A DNA stretch of 64,000 nt from a virus (taxonomy: Duplodnaviria > Caudoviricetes): positions 32,001-96,000 of IMG/VR virus record IMGVR_UViG_3300032243_001028; one strand, given 5' to 3'. Below the pieces are notes generated by a model. It had not been told where the DNA came from. It saw only the letters and a program-made list of their open reading frames with translations, and did no database searches. The translations under genes and the position numbers were made by a program. Below, one piece after another: positions 8,987 through 23,900 of the stretch. Within the stretch, counting starts at the first letter, position 1, and each line of letters begins with the position of its first letter.

Positions 8987-11900
8987 TGGATTTTGACTAC
9001 CTAAAACCTATAGTAGCTGACGGCTTCGGAGACGGAGATGGTGAGTATACCTCTGCCGAACGCCGTGCCGAGGTTCTAACTCAGTTTCGTGATAAGTACG
9101 GCCGCTGGGTTGAAATGGGCCGCGGCATTAAAGCTAAGGTTCGTCTAGGTAAAAATAGAGGAAATGATGCAGGTAGAACTGCTCGCGTTATCGGTAAATT
9201 TATTGGTGCAACTCCAGATGGTAAATTTGCAAGAGTTTTAGTTGATCCTAGCGATCCTAATTTTGCTGGCAAAGTTCTATACATTAAATACAATAATGCT
9301 GAAGAAGTACTTGCAACACTAGATCCTGAATATCTTAAAAAGCGTGGAATTCAACTAGGAAAAAACACTGAAGGATATGAAGTTGGCGATGAGGGTATTC
9401 AGGATGAAGACACTCTTAAGATAGAAGATCCGACCCCACAGGATCTTAAGGATGCCGAAGCCGATCTTCCAGATCCAGAAAACTACAAAGAAGAAGCTGC
9501 CAAGAAAACTGCAACCGCGCTTACTGGTAAAGATCTAGCTGCTGGAAATATTGTTTACGATCAAGGTTCTGATCAGTATGGAAAAATTACCAATGTTAAG
9601 ACTTTAGCTGACGGCACTAAGCAAATATTTATTCAGTTCCAAAATGGACGTCGTGCAATTATGAACGTCCCTGCTGATCACCCTATTCAAGCATGGATCG
9701 GCAAAAATGAAGCTAAACCTACTCCTGAAGCTGCGCCTGCTCAAAATAAAGAAGGATCTTCAATTGCTGATTTGGGAATTGATCTGCAATCAGCAACTAT
9801 GGATGCTAACGGTGCACGCCTACCTACCCCCGGTGCTTTCACTGGAGTTTTGCAAAAAATTCTTGCTGGCGCAAAAAACTGGAAACAAATTGCAGAACGT
9901 CTAAAGTCTCAGACTATAACTTATTTTGACTTTGAAACCACAGGTATTTCTGATTATGATGGTCAGGGGATTAAAAATGACCCTATTCAACTTGGAGCAG
10001 TTCAAGTTAAGAATGGAAAAGTTTTAAAACGTTTTAACGTCTACATTAATCCTGGAAGTAAATTATCTCAGTGGTCATCTGAACATCTAAAAAGAGATGT
10101 TATAGATGATAATGGCAATATTGTCAGGGATGAAAATGGTAAACCTGTAAGCACTCTTGTAACTGCAGAGTGGCTTCAGGATCAAATGAGCCCTGAAGAA
10201 GCGCTTAGACAATTTTTAGAGTTTGTAGGTCCTAACCCTATTCTTGGTGGACAGAACGTTCCGTTTGATCTAGAGATCTTACAACGTATGGCTGATGCAG
10301 CTGGAGTTAAGCTAGATATTGCTGGAACGGTAGACTCAAAAGATTTGGGATCTCTTCTTCCTACCTATGATCCTGAAAAGGGTGTTGACGGGCCTAAGCA
10401 ACTTAATACAGCTACAGGTAAATACCGTGCTAGTTCAAGCTTAGGTCCTCTTGCAAACTTTTTAGGTTTTGAACCTGCTAACTGGCACTCAGCTGATGGA
10501 GACGCTGAAGACTCATTTAATCTTGTCAATGCAATTCTTGATCACGCAATTAAAAATGACAATAATGATATGCGTCTAATGAATTTTCCTGAGATGCAAA
10601 AACTATATCAAGAACGTATGGCTGCGTTTAAAAATGCTATTTCTGGAAACAATCCTGTAACTGAAAAACAGCTAGAAGCTCTTCATGGTCTTGCTGAATC
10701 GGACAATCAAGAGATTGCTGCCGAAGCTAAAAAAGCTATAGACGAAGCAACTACCAGAGGTAAAGCTGCAGAGGTTCTAGCTCGACTAAATACTAATAAA
10801 GATAGAACTAACAACACTCCTAACCAGTTTAGAATCGGTGGCGGCGGTGGCGGTGAGCTAGGTGAAGGCAATGGTGTACCTAATAAAAAAGAATTAGAAT
10901 TTTTAGCTAAACTTAAATCTGGAGGGTACTTTTTAAAGAAAAAGTTTACAAAAAAGCCTAAGCAATATATTCCGGTTGGCTACGATCGTATCGATTCTTG
11001 GGAGAGATACCCTTCCTGGTATAAAGATATGTACGAGTCTGCTGGGAACTTAGACGATTTTGTAAAACTATTTTGGAAAGCTCTTAGAGAGTCTCGTAAA
11101 GGTACACGTCTTGAAGATCCAGAAGGCAGAACCGATATAAATGAAAAAGAATATGCTATTGCGGCTGCTACTTATAAGAATTTACAGGGTATTGGTGAAA
11201 AAGTTATACTTCGCTATGGCGAGTTTACTATTGAATTTGACAAGCAGTCTGACATAAATGGTCAACTTCTAGATGAACTTAAAGGATACCTAGATACTGC
11301 AAGAAAGCTTGGATTTAAACTCCCTGTAAGAATTAAAATTGCTAAGCAAGGAGATCCAGCTTTTACTCCGGGTGAAGTCATTGGTTTTGATAAGGATCAC
11401 CCTGAGCTTGGATGCTTAACCGGGGAGGCTCACACCGAACCTGATGGTACTATGCACTTGATTCTTTGGGATCAATTGCATAATCTGGATAAAGCTGACA
11501 AAAGAAGACTCTTCAAAGGGATAAATGAGCAGGGGCAAGAAGAATATTACGGTCAAAATCCTGGAGGATTTGTTCCTGCACTTCAGCACGTATTCTTTCA
11601 CGAGCTAGGTCACCTCTGGAATAGAGAAAAGCATGGAAAAATGGTTAACTCTCCTCTTTGGGGAGACCTTAAAAAGATGTTCTGGGGTACAGATGCTAAA
11701 CCATTCAAGAGATTTGCAGTTACCCCAAATGCAGATTTAGATCCAAAAATAAATCCTAATGCATTTGATGAAAGAATGGCTGAATTATTTGCAGCAGCTC
11801 TTATTGCATTTCACAATAGAGAGCACCCTGTTTTAGCGAATATCGGCCAGTTCTGGAAAGTCGCCATCGAGCCTTACATTAAGGGAGAACCAATCCATTG

Positions 11901-14900
11901 GACTGCAAACTCTGAAAGAGTCAATCCTCCTAAAAAAGAAGGAAAAGGTAAGGGTAAAATCCCCACTACTACTCCACGAGGCGGAAAAGCTAGAACTCCA
12001 GACGTAAAAAAGCCTGAAGATGTTAAACCTGGAGATATTGTTTATGACAAAGACGGAAATCTTCACGGTAAAGTTGTAGTAATACGTCAGGATAGACATG
12101 GTAACTGGCATTACTGGGTAGAGGGTAAAGACTACAAACCTGGAGATGTATTCCCTGTAGGTTTAGACGAGTATGTTGTACATAAAAATGGAATAATTTA
12201 TGTTACTAAAGCAGGAGCTAACTTTGTACCTGATGAAGGCCCGGACTTTATTTATCCTTTGCCAGAGAAACTTGACTCTTCTAATTCTGATGGTGTAAAG
12301 GCTGAAGATCTTAAACCTGGAATGGTTTACGAAAGTCCGGATGGCCCAGCTAACGTTGTAAACGTTTTTGAGCATGGCATCGGCGTTCCTGATGTTAAAA
12401 AGTCTAGTGATCGAGTTGTTGTTTATGTAGGCAAAGATGGTGAAGTTAAACACGAAGTTGTTCCAGTTGGAACTTTCAAAAAAGTACTAACTTCTTCTAA
12501 GTCAAACGTTCCTGCACCTACACCTGAAAATGAGAATCAGGGTGGAGAAGGTAATGGCAATGGTAATGGTAATGACAGAGGCGGAGAAGGTAACGGCGGC
12601 GGTAGAGGTGGACGCGGCGGTAACGCTCCAGAACCTGTATCTGAAGAACCTGAATCTAGATCAGGAGCAAGTAAATCTGATATTGAAAATTTAAAAGCAG
12701 TACTTGAACAAGCAATTGGTATTGGTAAAAGATTTGGTCCCGACGAGGATTTAGAGCAAAGAGCTCAGATGATCTCCGATGAAGCAGATGAACTTGTAAA
12801 AGAAATTATAAAGCTAGACATTAAAGATTATCCAGGACTAATTAAGCACCTAAAAGATAATCTACCTGTAATATCTGAAGGAATGTATTCAGATAAAACA
12901 AAGCAAGTTTTAGATGAAGTAAAAGAATTCTTAGACCCAGGGTACAGGAAAAGACAGTACGATGCTCTTGATCGCATAAAAGAACTTTTAAAAGAAAGAA
13001 TTGAAGCTGTAGATACACGTGGTGAAAAAACTGACGTAGTAAGGGGCCTTATAGATGATATTTTACGTCCATACCTTAATGATAAAGCAGGTCTTAATTA
13101 CGAAGAACTTCTAGATCTTCTAGATAAAAATCTAAAACCTGGTGAAATCAAACATGTTCAAAAACGTGAAGGAATTAGTTTTAGAGGAAACTGGGATGAA
13201 GTTGTTAAAGCTGTACAAGACATTATTGACGCCAATCTTGGTAAAAAAGAATCTGCTAAACCTACCAAGCAAAAAGAATATTTAGACGCCAATGGAAAAC
13301 CTATTAAAGTTGGAGATCTTGTAGATGTAATTGATGAATATGGCCAAAAAAAGACTATCAGAATCTATAAAAAAACTACCTACGGGACTGAGTATGTTGG
13401 CGGAAAGAGAAGACACCCTACAGAATACTCTGAGGGGTATGTAATTGAAGGTGGTGATATTGTAAATGTTGTAACAGGCAAACGATATCGAATTAATGAT
13501 TCGGTACTAAGCCCTAAAAATGGATCTGCAGAAGATAAAAAGTTTAGAGAAAAAGTAAGAGATGAAATACTTGACTCTGTACTAAGTAAAATGTTTAGCG
13601 ATTTCTTTAAAAAGCATCGTAAAGAAAATCCTAATATGGATAAAGAAGACGTGAGAAAACTTGCTAAAAAAGATGTTGCTACTGCTGTAGAAGAATTTAA
13701 AAAACTTGGTATATATGATTACGATATTTTTAATGGCGAACTTAATGATTTTACAAGTCACATGTTTTGGACTAAAGCCGAGGATGGTAGCTACACTGGC
13801 GTTAGAGAATATAACAATGTAGAAGATGCTGTAGCTGCGGCAAAAGAGTACATCGATCAAAAGAATGCTCGACCTACCGAAGAAAAAGAAAAAGAATCTA
13901 CCAAATCCCCAGAACCAGAAGTAACAAGAGAAGACCCTATCGGCAAGGGAAAGATTGACCCTAAGGGTTATGCAGAAAAAGGCTATGTGCCAATGGTACA
14001 TCCTAAGCCAGAATTCCCTGCCGAAACCGATGAGAAAAAGCTTATTGAAAAAGGCTTTGAAATTGAAGAGCAAGATAACCGCGACAAGCCTTCTCAAAAC
14101 CGCGAAGAGGATAGCGAAGAAGGAGAAGAAGGTGCTCTGCCTCCTGAAGATACTTCAAAATTTGCTGCTGGTAAAAAAGTAGTTATTCTTTGGCACAACA
14201 AGGATTTCAGTGCCCCGGGTGCTCGTATAAAAATTACTTTCACAAGAAAAGCTGACGGATCTTTAGATAAAAGATTTACCCAGATCCAATGGAAACACTG
14301 GGATGGAACTCTATCAGGAGATGAATACGGTCCTTCAGAAGTATTGAATATAGGAGATTCTGAATCAGAAATTTTTAGAATGGAGTTTAAACACACTGTA
14401 GGAGCTCTTGCAAGAAGAAATGAAGAATATAACGATGGAGAATTACCCGGAACAGTTCCTCATTACTTTAAAAAAGTAGGAGATGACTACATTTGGAGAG
14501 CTGTAAAAGATCCTAAGACCGGAAAATGGAAAGCAGCTAGAGATCAAAAAATAGATCTAGAAAAGAAGCCTCCATTTGGAGCTGTCATATCTAACAAGGA
14601 TGGTAAGTGGACCGCCACCATTCTAGATCCAAAGGGTAACGTAGTTGCAACTTTTGAAGTTGATGGCGATGAAAATGACAAGTCAGCTCTAGAGAATCTT
14701 ATAAATCAGTCGTACGTTGAACTTGCTAAGAGATATAGAAGCATCAATGCTCCAGCTGCCGCACCTACTCAAACTGCAAGACCTGCCGGTAGAGCAACAG
14801 ACGAGCATAACTTCCCTCTACCGGATGACGTAAAGATTTGGAGAATTAGAGACGACAGCATGACCAGATATGCCATAGGTTTTGAAGAGGGTGTAGATGA

Positions 14901-17900
14901 GCTTGGAGAGCATTACATTAGAATGCCTAAAGATTCGAGGTTTGCTGCAACACTTTCATATATTGAAGGTCAAGGCCATTGGTACGTTAAACTACACGAT
15001 GTAAATCGTTTTTCTGATGACGAAAGAGGTATAAAAATTATACCTCTCCCTGAAACATACAAAACTATTAAAGGTGACATAAATGATCCTAAAGCGTGGG
15101 AAGAAGCTTTAAAAGAAGCTAGAAAATTTATATCTGATGCAATAGCCCGCAATGGCGGTAAAAATGTTCGTTATGGATATGAGCACCGTCCAATAGAATC
15201 TTTAGATGATGTTAGGGTAAATGACTATATAATTTTTAGAACTAGCTATCCGCCTTCCATAAACTATGCTGATACCGATCATCCAGAAGAAAATATTTCA
15301 GGAATTATAGGTAAAGTACTATCTATTGGTAAAGATAAAGATGGCAACCGTGTCTTCAAAATTCAAAAAAGAGACGGTAAGATTAAAAATATTAAAGATA
15401 AAGACCTAGACTATGTCGGCGGTGCAGTAAGATTCTCTGACGATGATCCAAATATTAATGTATCTACAACTGAGATCGTTAAAAAACGACTTGCAAAACG
15501 TCAAATGAGAGAATTACGTTTTTCTATTGGAATGGATATAGAAGAAGATCCTAATAACTCTGAAGATTCTTTGGAAAGAATTTATAAAGCTATAGAAGAT
15601 AAAATTGGACCAGATCTTATTGAAAATCATAAATTTATACCAGGTTTGTCTAAAGCTCTTTCCAAAAAAATGTATGATAAGTCAAATACTAAAGGCTACC
15701 TCACCGAAGAAGAAATCTATGATATAACCGATAACTTTATAAAAAATTATTCTGATGAAAATAAATCTAAAGCAACCCCAGTTCAACCTACTGAAAATCA
15801 GCAGCCTGCTACGGAAGAAACCACTCCTACAACCGAATCAAAAGAAATAACTGGCGAGCATAACTTCCCTCTACCGGATGATGTTCAAATGTTCCCTGCA
15901 GGTGTGGGAGAACCTTACGCTAAATATGTAATAAATGGAGAAGGATTTCAGCACGAAGCCGACTATCCTGACGTTCGTGTAAAAGATGGACTTCGCTATG
16001 GAGTAGAGATTTATTATGAAGAAGCAATTGAGCCTAATAGCTACAACAAAAAGGGAAGAGTTGCTGGTTGGAGAGTAAGCTTATTAAATAACAAATGGCG
16101 AGAAGATATGTCTAGAAGTAGACTTATCGACTATAGAATTTCTGAGATTCCAGGAAATATTAATGATCCAGAAGCTTGGAAGAAAGCTGTAGAAGAAGCC
16201 AGAAAAATGTTGGCTAATGCAATAGCTGAAAATGGTGGAAATAATAATCCTTACACATCCGAATACATTCCTTTAGAATCTTTGGATCAAATTCAATCTG
16301 GCGACTACCTAATGTATGGCGGCCACTTCCCTCCAAATACTAGATGGAAGGGAACTAAGAGCGAAGAAACCAGTCCTAACTTCTATGCACAAGTTGTATC
16401 CGTTAAGACCGATGAAAACGGAAATAGAATTTTTGAAATTAAAGAACCTAACCGTGCACAGGGTGGGTATTACGATAATGTCTTTGTTAATGATGAAGAA
16501 TTTTTAGATAAATTTGGTGGAATAACCGGCCTAGCTCGCTACTCTGACGAGAACTCGAACGTTAAGCCTGCTGCTGAACCTGTAGCCGAAACTAAGGTAG
16601 AAGAAGAACCTAAAGAACTTACCGAGGAAGAACGTCAGGCTAATATAGATGCTTGGACTGAAGTTGGCCAGCTTTACAGAAAGTATCTAGCCGCTAAACG
16701 AGGCAAGAACATGAAGCGCGAAGCTAAGCGTTTGAAGCAAGAGCTTAGCCCGTATCCTGCTGTAATGCTGCATGAAAAACTTAGCGATTATAAAGATATT
16801 TTAAACAACACTAGAAACTCTTCAACAGATGAAAATGAGAAAAAAGCTATTGCTAAGAGAATAGCTGAACTTGTCGACGCAATGAAGCAGCTAAACATAT
16901 TAGTTAATAAGGGTGTAAAAGAAGGTGCCGGCAAACCAACAGATCCTCTAGACTTCAACTTTGACAACCTCTTTAGGGATATAGAAGTAGAAGATGGCAT
17001 CTCTGAGTCTGACGTTGAAGAAGCTGCAGAAGAGCCAGAAGTTGTAGAAGAACCAGCAGCCGAACCTACAGAAGAACCTAAGAAAAACGTCATTGAGACT
17101 GCTGGCGGAGTTCTAGACTTTGAGGGTTTATCTCCAATGCAACTAGGAAAAATTAAAGCCCACCTAGATAAAAAAGTTCGCTGGAATGGCGAAGTAATGA
17201 CCTACCGTGAACTTTATACTAAATTTGCTATCGGTAGACATAAGAGTCAAAACCTTAAAGATGTTAACTATGTAAAGGGCGAGTCAGTTAAGTCTTGGGG
17301 GCCTATTAAGTATTTCCTTTTTGTAGATGAAAATGGTGGCATGATCGATGTCCCTAAAATGATCTATGATGCTTTCAAACCAAATAGCGATGATCCAAAA
17401 TTAGATTCAGATGCCACTGCTCCAGTTCAAGAAGCTAAAATGGCTGAAAGACAAAAAAAGTGGGATGAGGAAGATAAGGCAAAAGCAGAAGCTGAAGCTG
17501 CTAAACCTATTGAAGAAAAGCCAGAGGAACCTGTTGAAGCCGAGCCAGAAAAACCTGCTGCAGTTCCTATTACTCCAGTAGAAACTCCTAAAGATCTTGG
17601 ACCTACTCAAATAACCAAAGATACAGGTAAGCAGTACTTAGCTGAAAAAATTGATGTTGGCTGGACTTTGTATGGTCCAGATGGTTATGCTCTTGGAGTT
17701 GTAGTTAAGAAAGATACTCTAGGTAGAGTTGTTCAGCTAACCGTAAGAGGTCCTAACGGAAAAGAATCTACATATAACTTCAACATGCTTACTAAGCTTT
17801 ACGCTTTTAGTCCTAAAGATAAAAAGGATATCGAGAAAGCTAATAAGACTAAGCCAGCTACTGAACCGGAAGCTAAAGAAAAATCTGAAGAGCAACCTAA

Positions 17901-20900
17901 ATCTGAGCCAGAGGTTGAGGAGCAGCCTGGAGAAGAACTTCCAGATAAAATCTCCCGTGAAGACGGCTACAGACTATTTGAAGCTCTTAAAAAAGTTTAT
18001 GATTTCATTCACAGAAGTAAAAAAACTGAAGACCCTGATGCTGCTAAAAAAGATGCAAATGATAAGGTTAATCAACTAGCAAAGATTCTAAACCCTGAAG
18101 ATGTAGATGATTTTATTCGCTATGTAGATCTAGAAACAGCTTTTAGAAAGATAATGTCTAGTAGAGATTTTCTAGATAATTTTGAAGAATATATAAATAA
18201 TTATTCTTCAGGTAATGGTGCTGAGGTTAACCCTATACACAGGGGTGCCGATGGTAAAATAATCAACAAGGGAGATGATCTAGTTGTTGTTGATAAGGAT
18301 GGAAATCTTAAAAAGATAAGGCTACAAATATTTAAAAAGCCTAACCCTAGGGCTCTAAGCGATAAAACAGATTTTATTGAGTGGGGATATCAACTCAGGC
18401 TTGATGGAAATAAAAATCCTGAAATTGTAAACATCAACGACTCTAAAGAGTCATATTCCTTGGATAATGTATTCCACACTCAGGATGAGTCTGAGATCAG
18501 AAAGATTATTTCTAATAGGGATAAAGTTTCACCTGAAGCTCCGACAGCCCCTGAAGCTGTAGAAAATGCTGCTTACAATGGAAATCTAGAAGATGATCTA
18601 AGTGCTTTTAAAAATGTTCTAGAGAATGCAATTGAAAACTTTAGAAATCAGCCTGGCGCAGACAAGAATGTCTACAAAGCTGCAGCTAAAGAACTTTACA
18701 ATGAACTTAAGAAGCTAAACTCACTTTACGAAGATTCCGCTACAAGTGGCAATGATCTAGAGCAAATCCGTAACGTTTACGACGACAAGATCCGCGATCT
18801 AGGGGACATTCAATCAGCTAAAGAAAAGTCTAATCCTAATCAGAATAGAGAAAACTTTGTAAAAGATCTAAGAGGTCTGCAAGAGGGACTTATAGATGAT
18901 TTTGAAGCCGAGAGAGATCTTGGAATTATGGGAAGCTACTCTCCATACAATGTACTCAGCTATAGTGATGAAGACAAAGCAATTCTGCTTAAGAAAGCTA
19001 CCGCTGCCAGACTTCTTCAATACATGCCAGATGTTAGTTTTGAAGGCCTATTTGATTCAGTAGTGGCAAATTACACTAGAAAAATTTTTCCTTTTGGTGG
19101 TTGTGAAGCAGCTATACATGTTAAGAGTACTGTATACACTAATAACGCTCCATATATAGGTGGAGAGGGGTTGGCGTATAAATTTGACGGCACTGAAGTT
19201 AAAAATAGTGCCGATATGGTCAGACTTTTGGATACAGATATGTCTAATTTGGTAGAGGGTAGCCGAATTATAGGATCATATATTAGATTTTCCTCGGAGC
19301 TACCTGAGGTAGTTGTAACAACTATTACAAAAGAATTATTAGATAGAGTAAAAAATGTTAAAGGATCTAATTCTTCAAGTAATATTTTAGATTTTATGAA
19401 AAATGAAATGAATTTTAAAGTCTACTCCAGCTCCTCTAATCAAGACATGGATGATCTTAAAGAGATATTAATTGCTCACTTGATAAGAAGTTGGGCTATT
19501 ACATCAAATGATAGTGGTTATAAGTCTCACGCATTACAGAGACTTGCTGCAAGAATGTTTGCTATGGATAGCAGTAAAACTGCTGGTTGGCTGTATGCTG
19601 CTGGCCATGATCAAATTGATATTGATAGCCATATTCTTAAAGGAAATATTCCAGCCGATATAAATACTGTAGATAAGCTCGAGCAGTATGCATCTGATCT
19701 TGTGGATGAAGAGATTAGCAGACATTTTGATATCTACTCAAAATTTATAATGGGTATGTACAACTCTACTCAAGACCTGCTAAAAGACATAGGAATTGAT
19801 GGGGTAGTTGTATATAGAGGCTCTCAGGATCAAGAGCTTATCGCTCCAGATGGAACTCCTATAAAGAGGAACACTAGAGTAAATAATCTAATGAGTGCTA
19901 GGGCAAAGCAGCGTCCTATGTCTTCATGGTCTACATCTATTAGAACAGCATCTCAGTTTGCTGGAGGTCTATCTCCTATTATTATGGGTAAAATAGTACC
20001 TGCTGAAAAAGTTATAGCTATGCCTGGTACTGGTTTTGGATGTTTTGAAGAGAATGAGGTAGTACTACTAGGGGGGGATCTAGATGAAGTACTTTATGGT
20101 GTACCAGGAAATATAGATCTAAACGCATTTAAAAATAGCAGTGCTATGAATCCTCCTAAGCAGATTCAAGCCCTAGACCCTTCTACTGGACTTGCCGGTA
20201 TTTTACCGCCAAAGCCAACCTTCCCTACGTCTCAAAATAGGGAACGCGATCTACCAATTGTTGAGGTAGATAACAGCGAAGAGAACTCAGATTGGATTAA
20301 ACAGAGCGGCTGGGATCTTACTACCAACGTTGATGATTTCCTAAAAATGTTTACCAGCAGAGATCAACTTTCAGACTTTATGACTAAGCCTACTGCTCAA
20401 GGTATGCCTGAAGAAATGCTACGTAATCTATGGCCAGCTGCTGACAAGCACTTTGAGAAAATAGAGTCTGCTCCTAAGGAAGAAGAGTCTAAGTACCTTC
20501 CAGAGCCTTTTGATCCTAGAGATAAAAAAGCGGATTTAGATGAGTATTACAATTATGACTATACTAAGATGCCTGATGGCACTCCTTTTAATAGTGACCA
20601 GCAGCAGCAGATGGATGCAATAGCTAAAAGATTAGAGAACATTCTTAAAAATAATGATGAAGATGCTAACTCTTTTGCTGTAAAGAATTTAAAAAACTTT
20701 AGAAGAACTTTATATCAGCAAATAATTGCTAAGCCTACCAAAGGCTCTTCTACTACAAGAGATAGCATTCTTAAACAGGTAGAGTTTAGCGATAAACCAG
20801 CTGTAAAGTATTTTGATGAAGCTCGTGGACTAACTTACACAAGATATGTGGATAAGTTTACCGATAAATATGGTAGAAAATACTACATAGTTACTAACAT

Positions 20901-23900
20901 AGACGAAAGCTCTGGACGTCAGACTGTAGTAGCCTACGACCAAAAAAACTTTGAAGGTATGCCTCTACCTGAAGATTATGTAAGAAAAGACCAGCCTGTG
21001 TCTGGAATTAATGATGTCGGAGGACTCGATTCCTACATATTTAGAGATCCATCTGTGTCTGAAATCCAAAGTGTAATGGTTACTGATAGATACCAAAGAA
21101 GAGGTATAGCAACAGCCCTCGTTGCTGTTCTAGAGAAGAGATTAGGACTTCCGGTAGTTCACTCAGATAACTTATCAAGCATGGGATTTGCTTTCTCTAA
21201 CAGCATGGACCCTGGAAAGCCTGACCTTCACACCAATGAAAAGTCTATTGAACTTCAGAGTGACAATGCACCATCTCAAAACCGTGAAGGATTCTTCAAG
21301 AGAAACAAAGCCAAGAAAGAACCTTTTGATCCTACAGATCCTACCATCGATCTAGAAAAGTTCTATAACTACGACTACACTCAGATGCCCGATGGTACCC
21401 CATTCAATATTTATCAGCAGCAGCAAATGGATATTCTTAAAGATGCGATTGACAATGAACCTGATGATTTTGAAAGAAAACTGCGTATTGCTGAAAGAAG
21501 ACGTATCTATCAGGGATACACCGCTAAACCAAACTTAAAGTCTGGCACTAATCTTGAAAGTATTAAAGATCAGGTGAGACTTCTAGATGACAATACTTCT
21601 AGAATGAACTACAGCGGTGCTGGTAAACCTTATGCAGATCTACCATCAGAGTACAAGCAGAGTACTCAGTATATTGATGAGTTTACTGACAAGTACGGCA
21701 GACAGTACTGGGTAGTTACCAAGGTAGTAAACGGCCTAGGCATGTCAAACGTAAAGCTTTACGATAAGAGTAAGAACTCCCTACAAGATCTTCAAGATAA
21801 TTCAGAAGATAGAACTCCTGTGTCTTCATTAGATGTCTTTAATAACAAAATTAGCATGGTCTACACTTCAGATAGATATGTAAGAAGAGGTCTAGCTACT
21901 GCAGCTCTTCACTTAGCAAGAGAGCGTTCTGGAAAAGAAGTTCAACACTCAGAAATGTTAACCTCTTTTGGTAGAGCATTCTCCCTTTCAGTTGACCCTA
22001 ATCCTGATCTTCATAGAAATGATGAATCAAAAGTTACTCTGTCTAACAATCAACCTTCTCAGAACCGTGAGAACCAGTATCCGCCTGAGCCTTTTGATCC
22101 TAATGATCGTACTCTCGATCTAGATACTATCTATAACTATGATTACACCAAGCTTCCTGACGGAACTCCGTTCAATGCTAAGCAACAAAAAGCAATGGAT
22201 CACGAGAATAAAATTCTTGAAGAAGCCATAGCTTCTGGGGACGAAGCAAAAATACGTGCAGCTAAAATTGCTAGAAGATATACATATAATACATTTATAA
22301 CTGTAGCTAACCCCGACTCCAAAACAACCACTGAAACTATAGCCGATCAGATTACTCCTGGTAAAGCTAAACCTAAAAAGTTTACTGGGTTTGTTCGTTA
22401 CACAGATAACTTTACAGATAAATACGGTAGAAAATACGTGATTTTCACTGATATAAGAACTGATGATAAGGGGGACAATTCTGCAATGGTAACAGTGCAT
22501 GATATGAAGAGTATGTTCCTTGAGAAAATTTTTGTCCCTGAGGGTATGGAAAATGTTGATCAATTTGGAGGAAAAAGTCTTCACATAGCTTCATTAAAAG
22601 TTAACGATGATGATAGAAAAGATCCAAATGCTGCTGCTTATATTGGTATGGTACTTACTGATGATGCGTATAGACGCCGTGGTCTTGCAACAGCAATGCT
22701 GTACTTAGCTCGTAAACATTACAGCAAGCCTGTTAACCACTCAAGCACTCTTACCATGTACGGTAAAGCTTTTTCTAACTCTGTAGATGCTGGAAAACCA
22801 GACGTACACGATTCTCTAGAATCTAAGCAACTACAGATTGATCTCCTTAAAGAGAAGGGTCTTCCTGTAAAAGAGTCTGAACTTGATGGCGATGAAATTG
22901 ACTATGGACCTAATCAAAATAGAGAAAATATTGAAGAGCCTACTATTCTTAATGAATATCGTGAAGTAATTCCTCTTAATAATTCCTATAGAGATAAGAA
23001 TGACCCAGATCTTGACCTTACACAGTGGGTGACTGGGGGCACTAAAATATATGGAATAGGTAATGGCGGTAACCCACTGGGATACGTCAGAACTGAAAAG
23101 CTTGCCACAATGAAAGGCAATCTTGCAGATATGGAGAGCAGTACATCTTCTATAGCCCATGACCTCGAAGACGGAACTGGCTACTTAGAGCCGGTACTAG
23201 TTTGGTACAACCCTCTTACTGGAAGAGCTTTTATTGCAGAAGGAAATCATAGGGTTGAAGCTGCACGTATAGCTGGAAGAGAGTATGTGCCTGTTGTAGT
23301 TGGCGTTAGCACTGTGGACTTTAAAAATCCAACTACAATGGAAAGATCCGGAGGAGTCGGAGATGTAGTTTTAAATAAGGATGGAAGTCTAGAAAACTTC
23401 AAGAATGCTAAAGATGGATCACTTATAAATCCATACCACCTATTTAATGACGAGGATCTTTTATACCCTAGAATCAATTTGGATCCAAAAGATGTACCTG
23501 GATTTACAGACGTACTTAAAATACAGTCTGATCTTTTAAATGAGCTTATGGCTGAGAATGAAGAGACTGGACTTAATGAGATTGCTACGTGGTACGATCC
23601 GGATGCTTTTGACATAGATAGTTCAATTGGACATATGGGCGGAGCCTCTGAGCAATTAAAAGAGATTACCGCTAAAAATATAGGTAGTAATATGTTATCT
23701 TCTCCTAAAGATATTTTGGGAGCATTAGATCATGCCATATCTATCAGTCAGGTAGTCAGATCTAGGTTGAGTTATCTAGATAGTCAAAAGATGGCTCTAA
23801 AAGCTTTAGATAGTAAATCGGATAATTTAAATGAAAATTCTATTATATTATTTATTGATGACTCTGAGCACTCTCCATATGAAGGATTACATATAGAAAC

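Noticed and set aside
12535-12625. GGEGNG/GGRG low-complexity repeat
   Set aside because: Short Gly-rich linker in the giant protein; no evidence of a separate element.
9520-18330. Inteins/Hint domains suggested by 'A.DLKPG' strings
   Set aside because: No N-terminal Cys/Ser block, TxxH block or terminal HN-[CST] found; units are too short.
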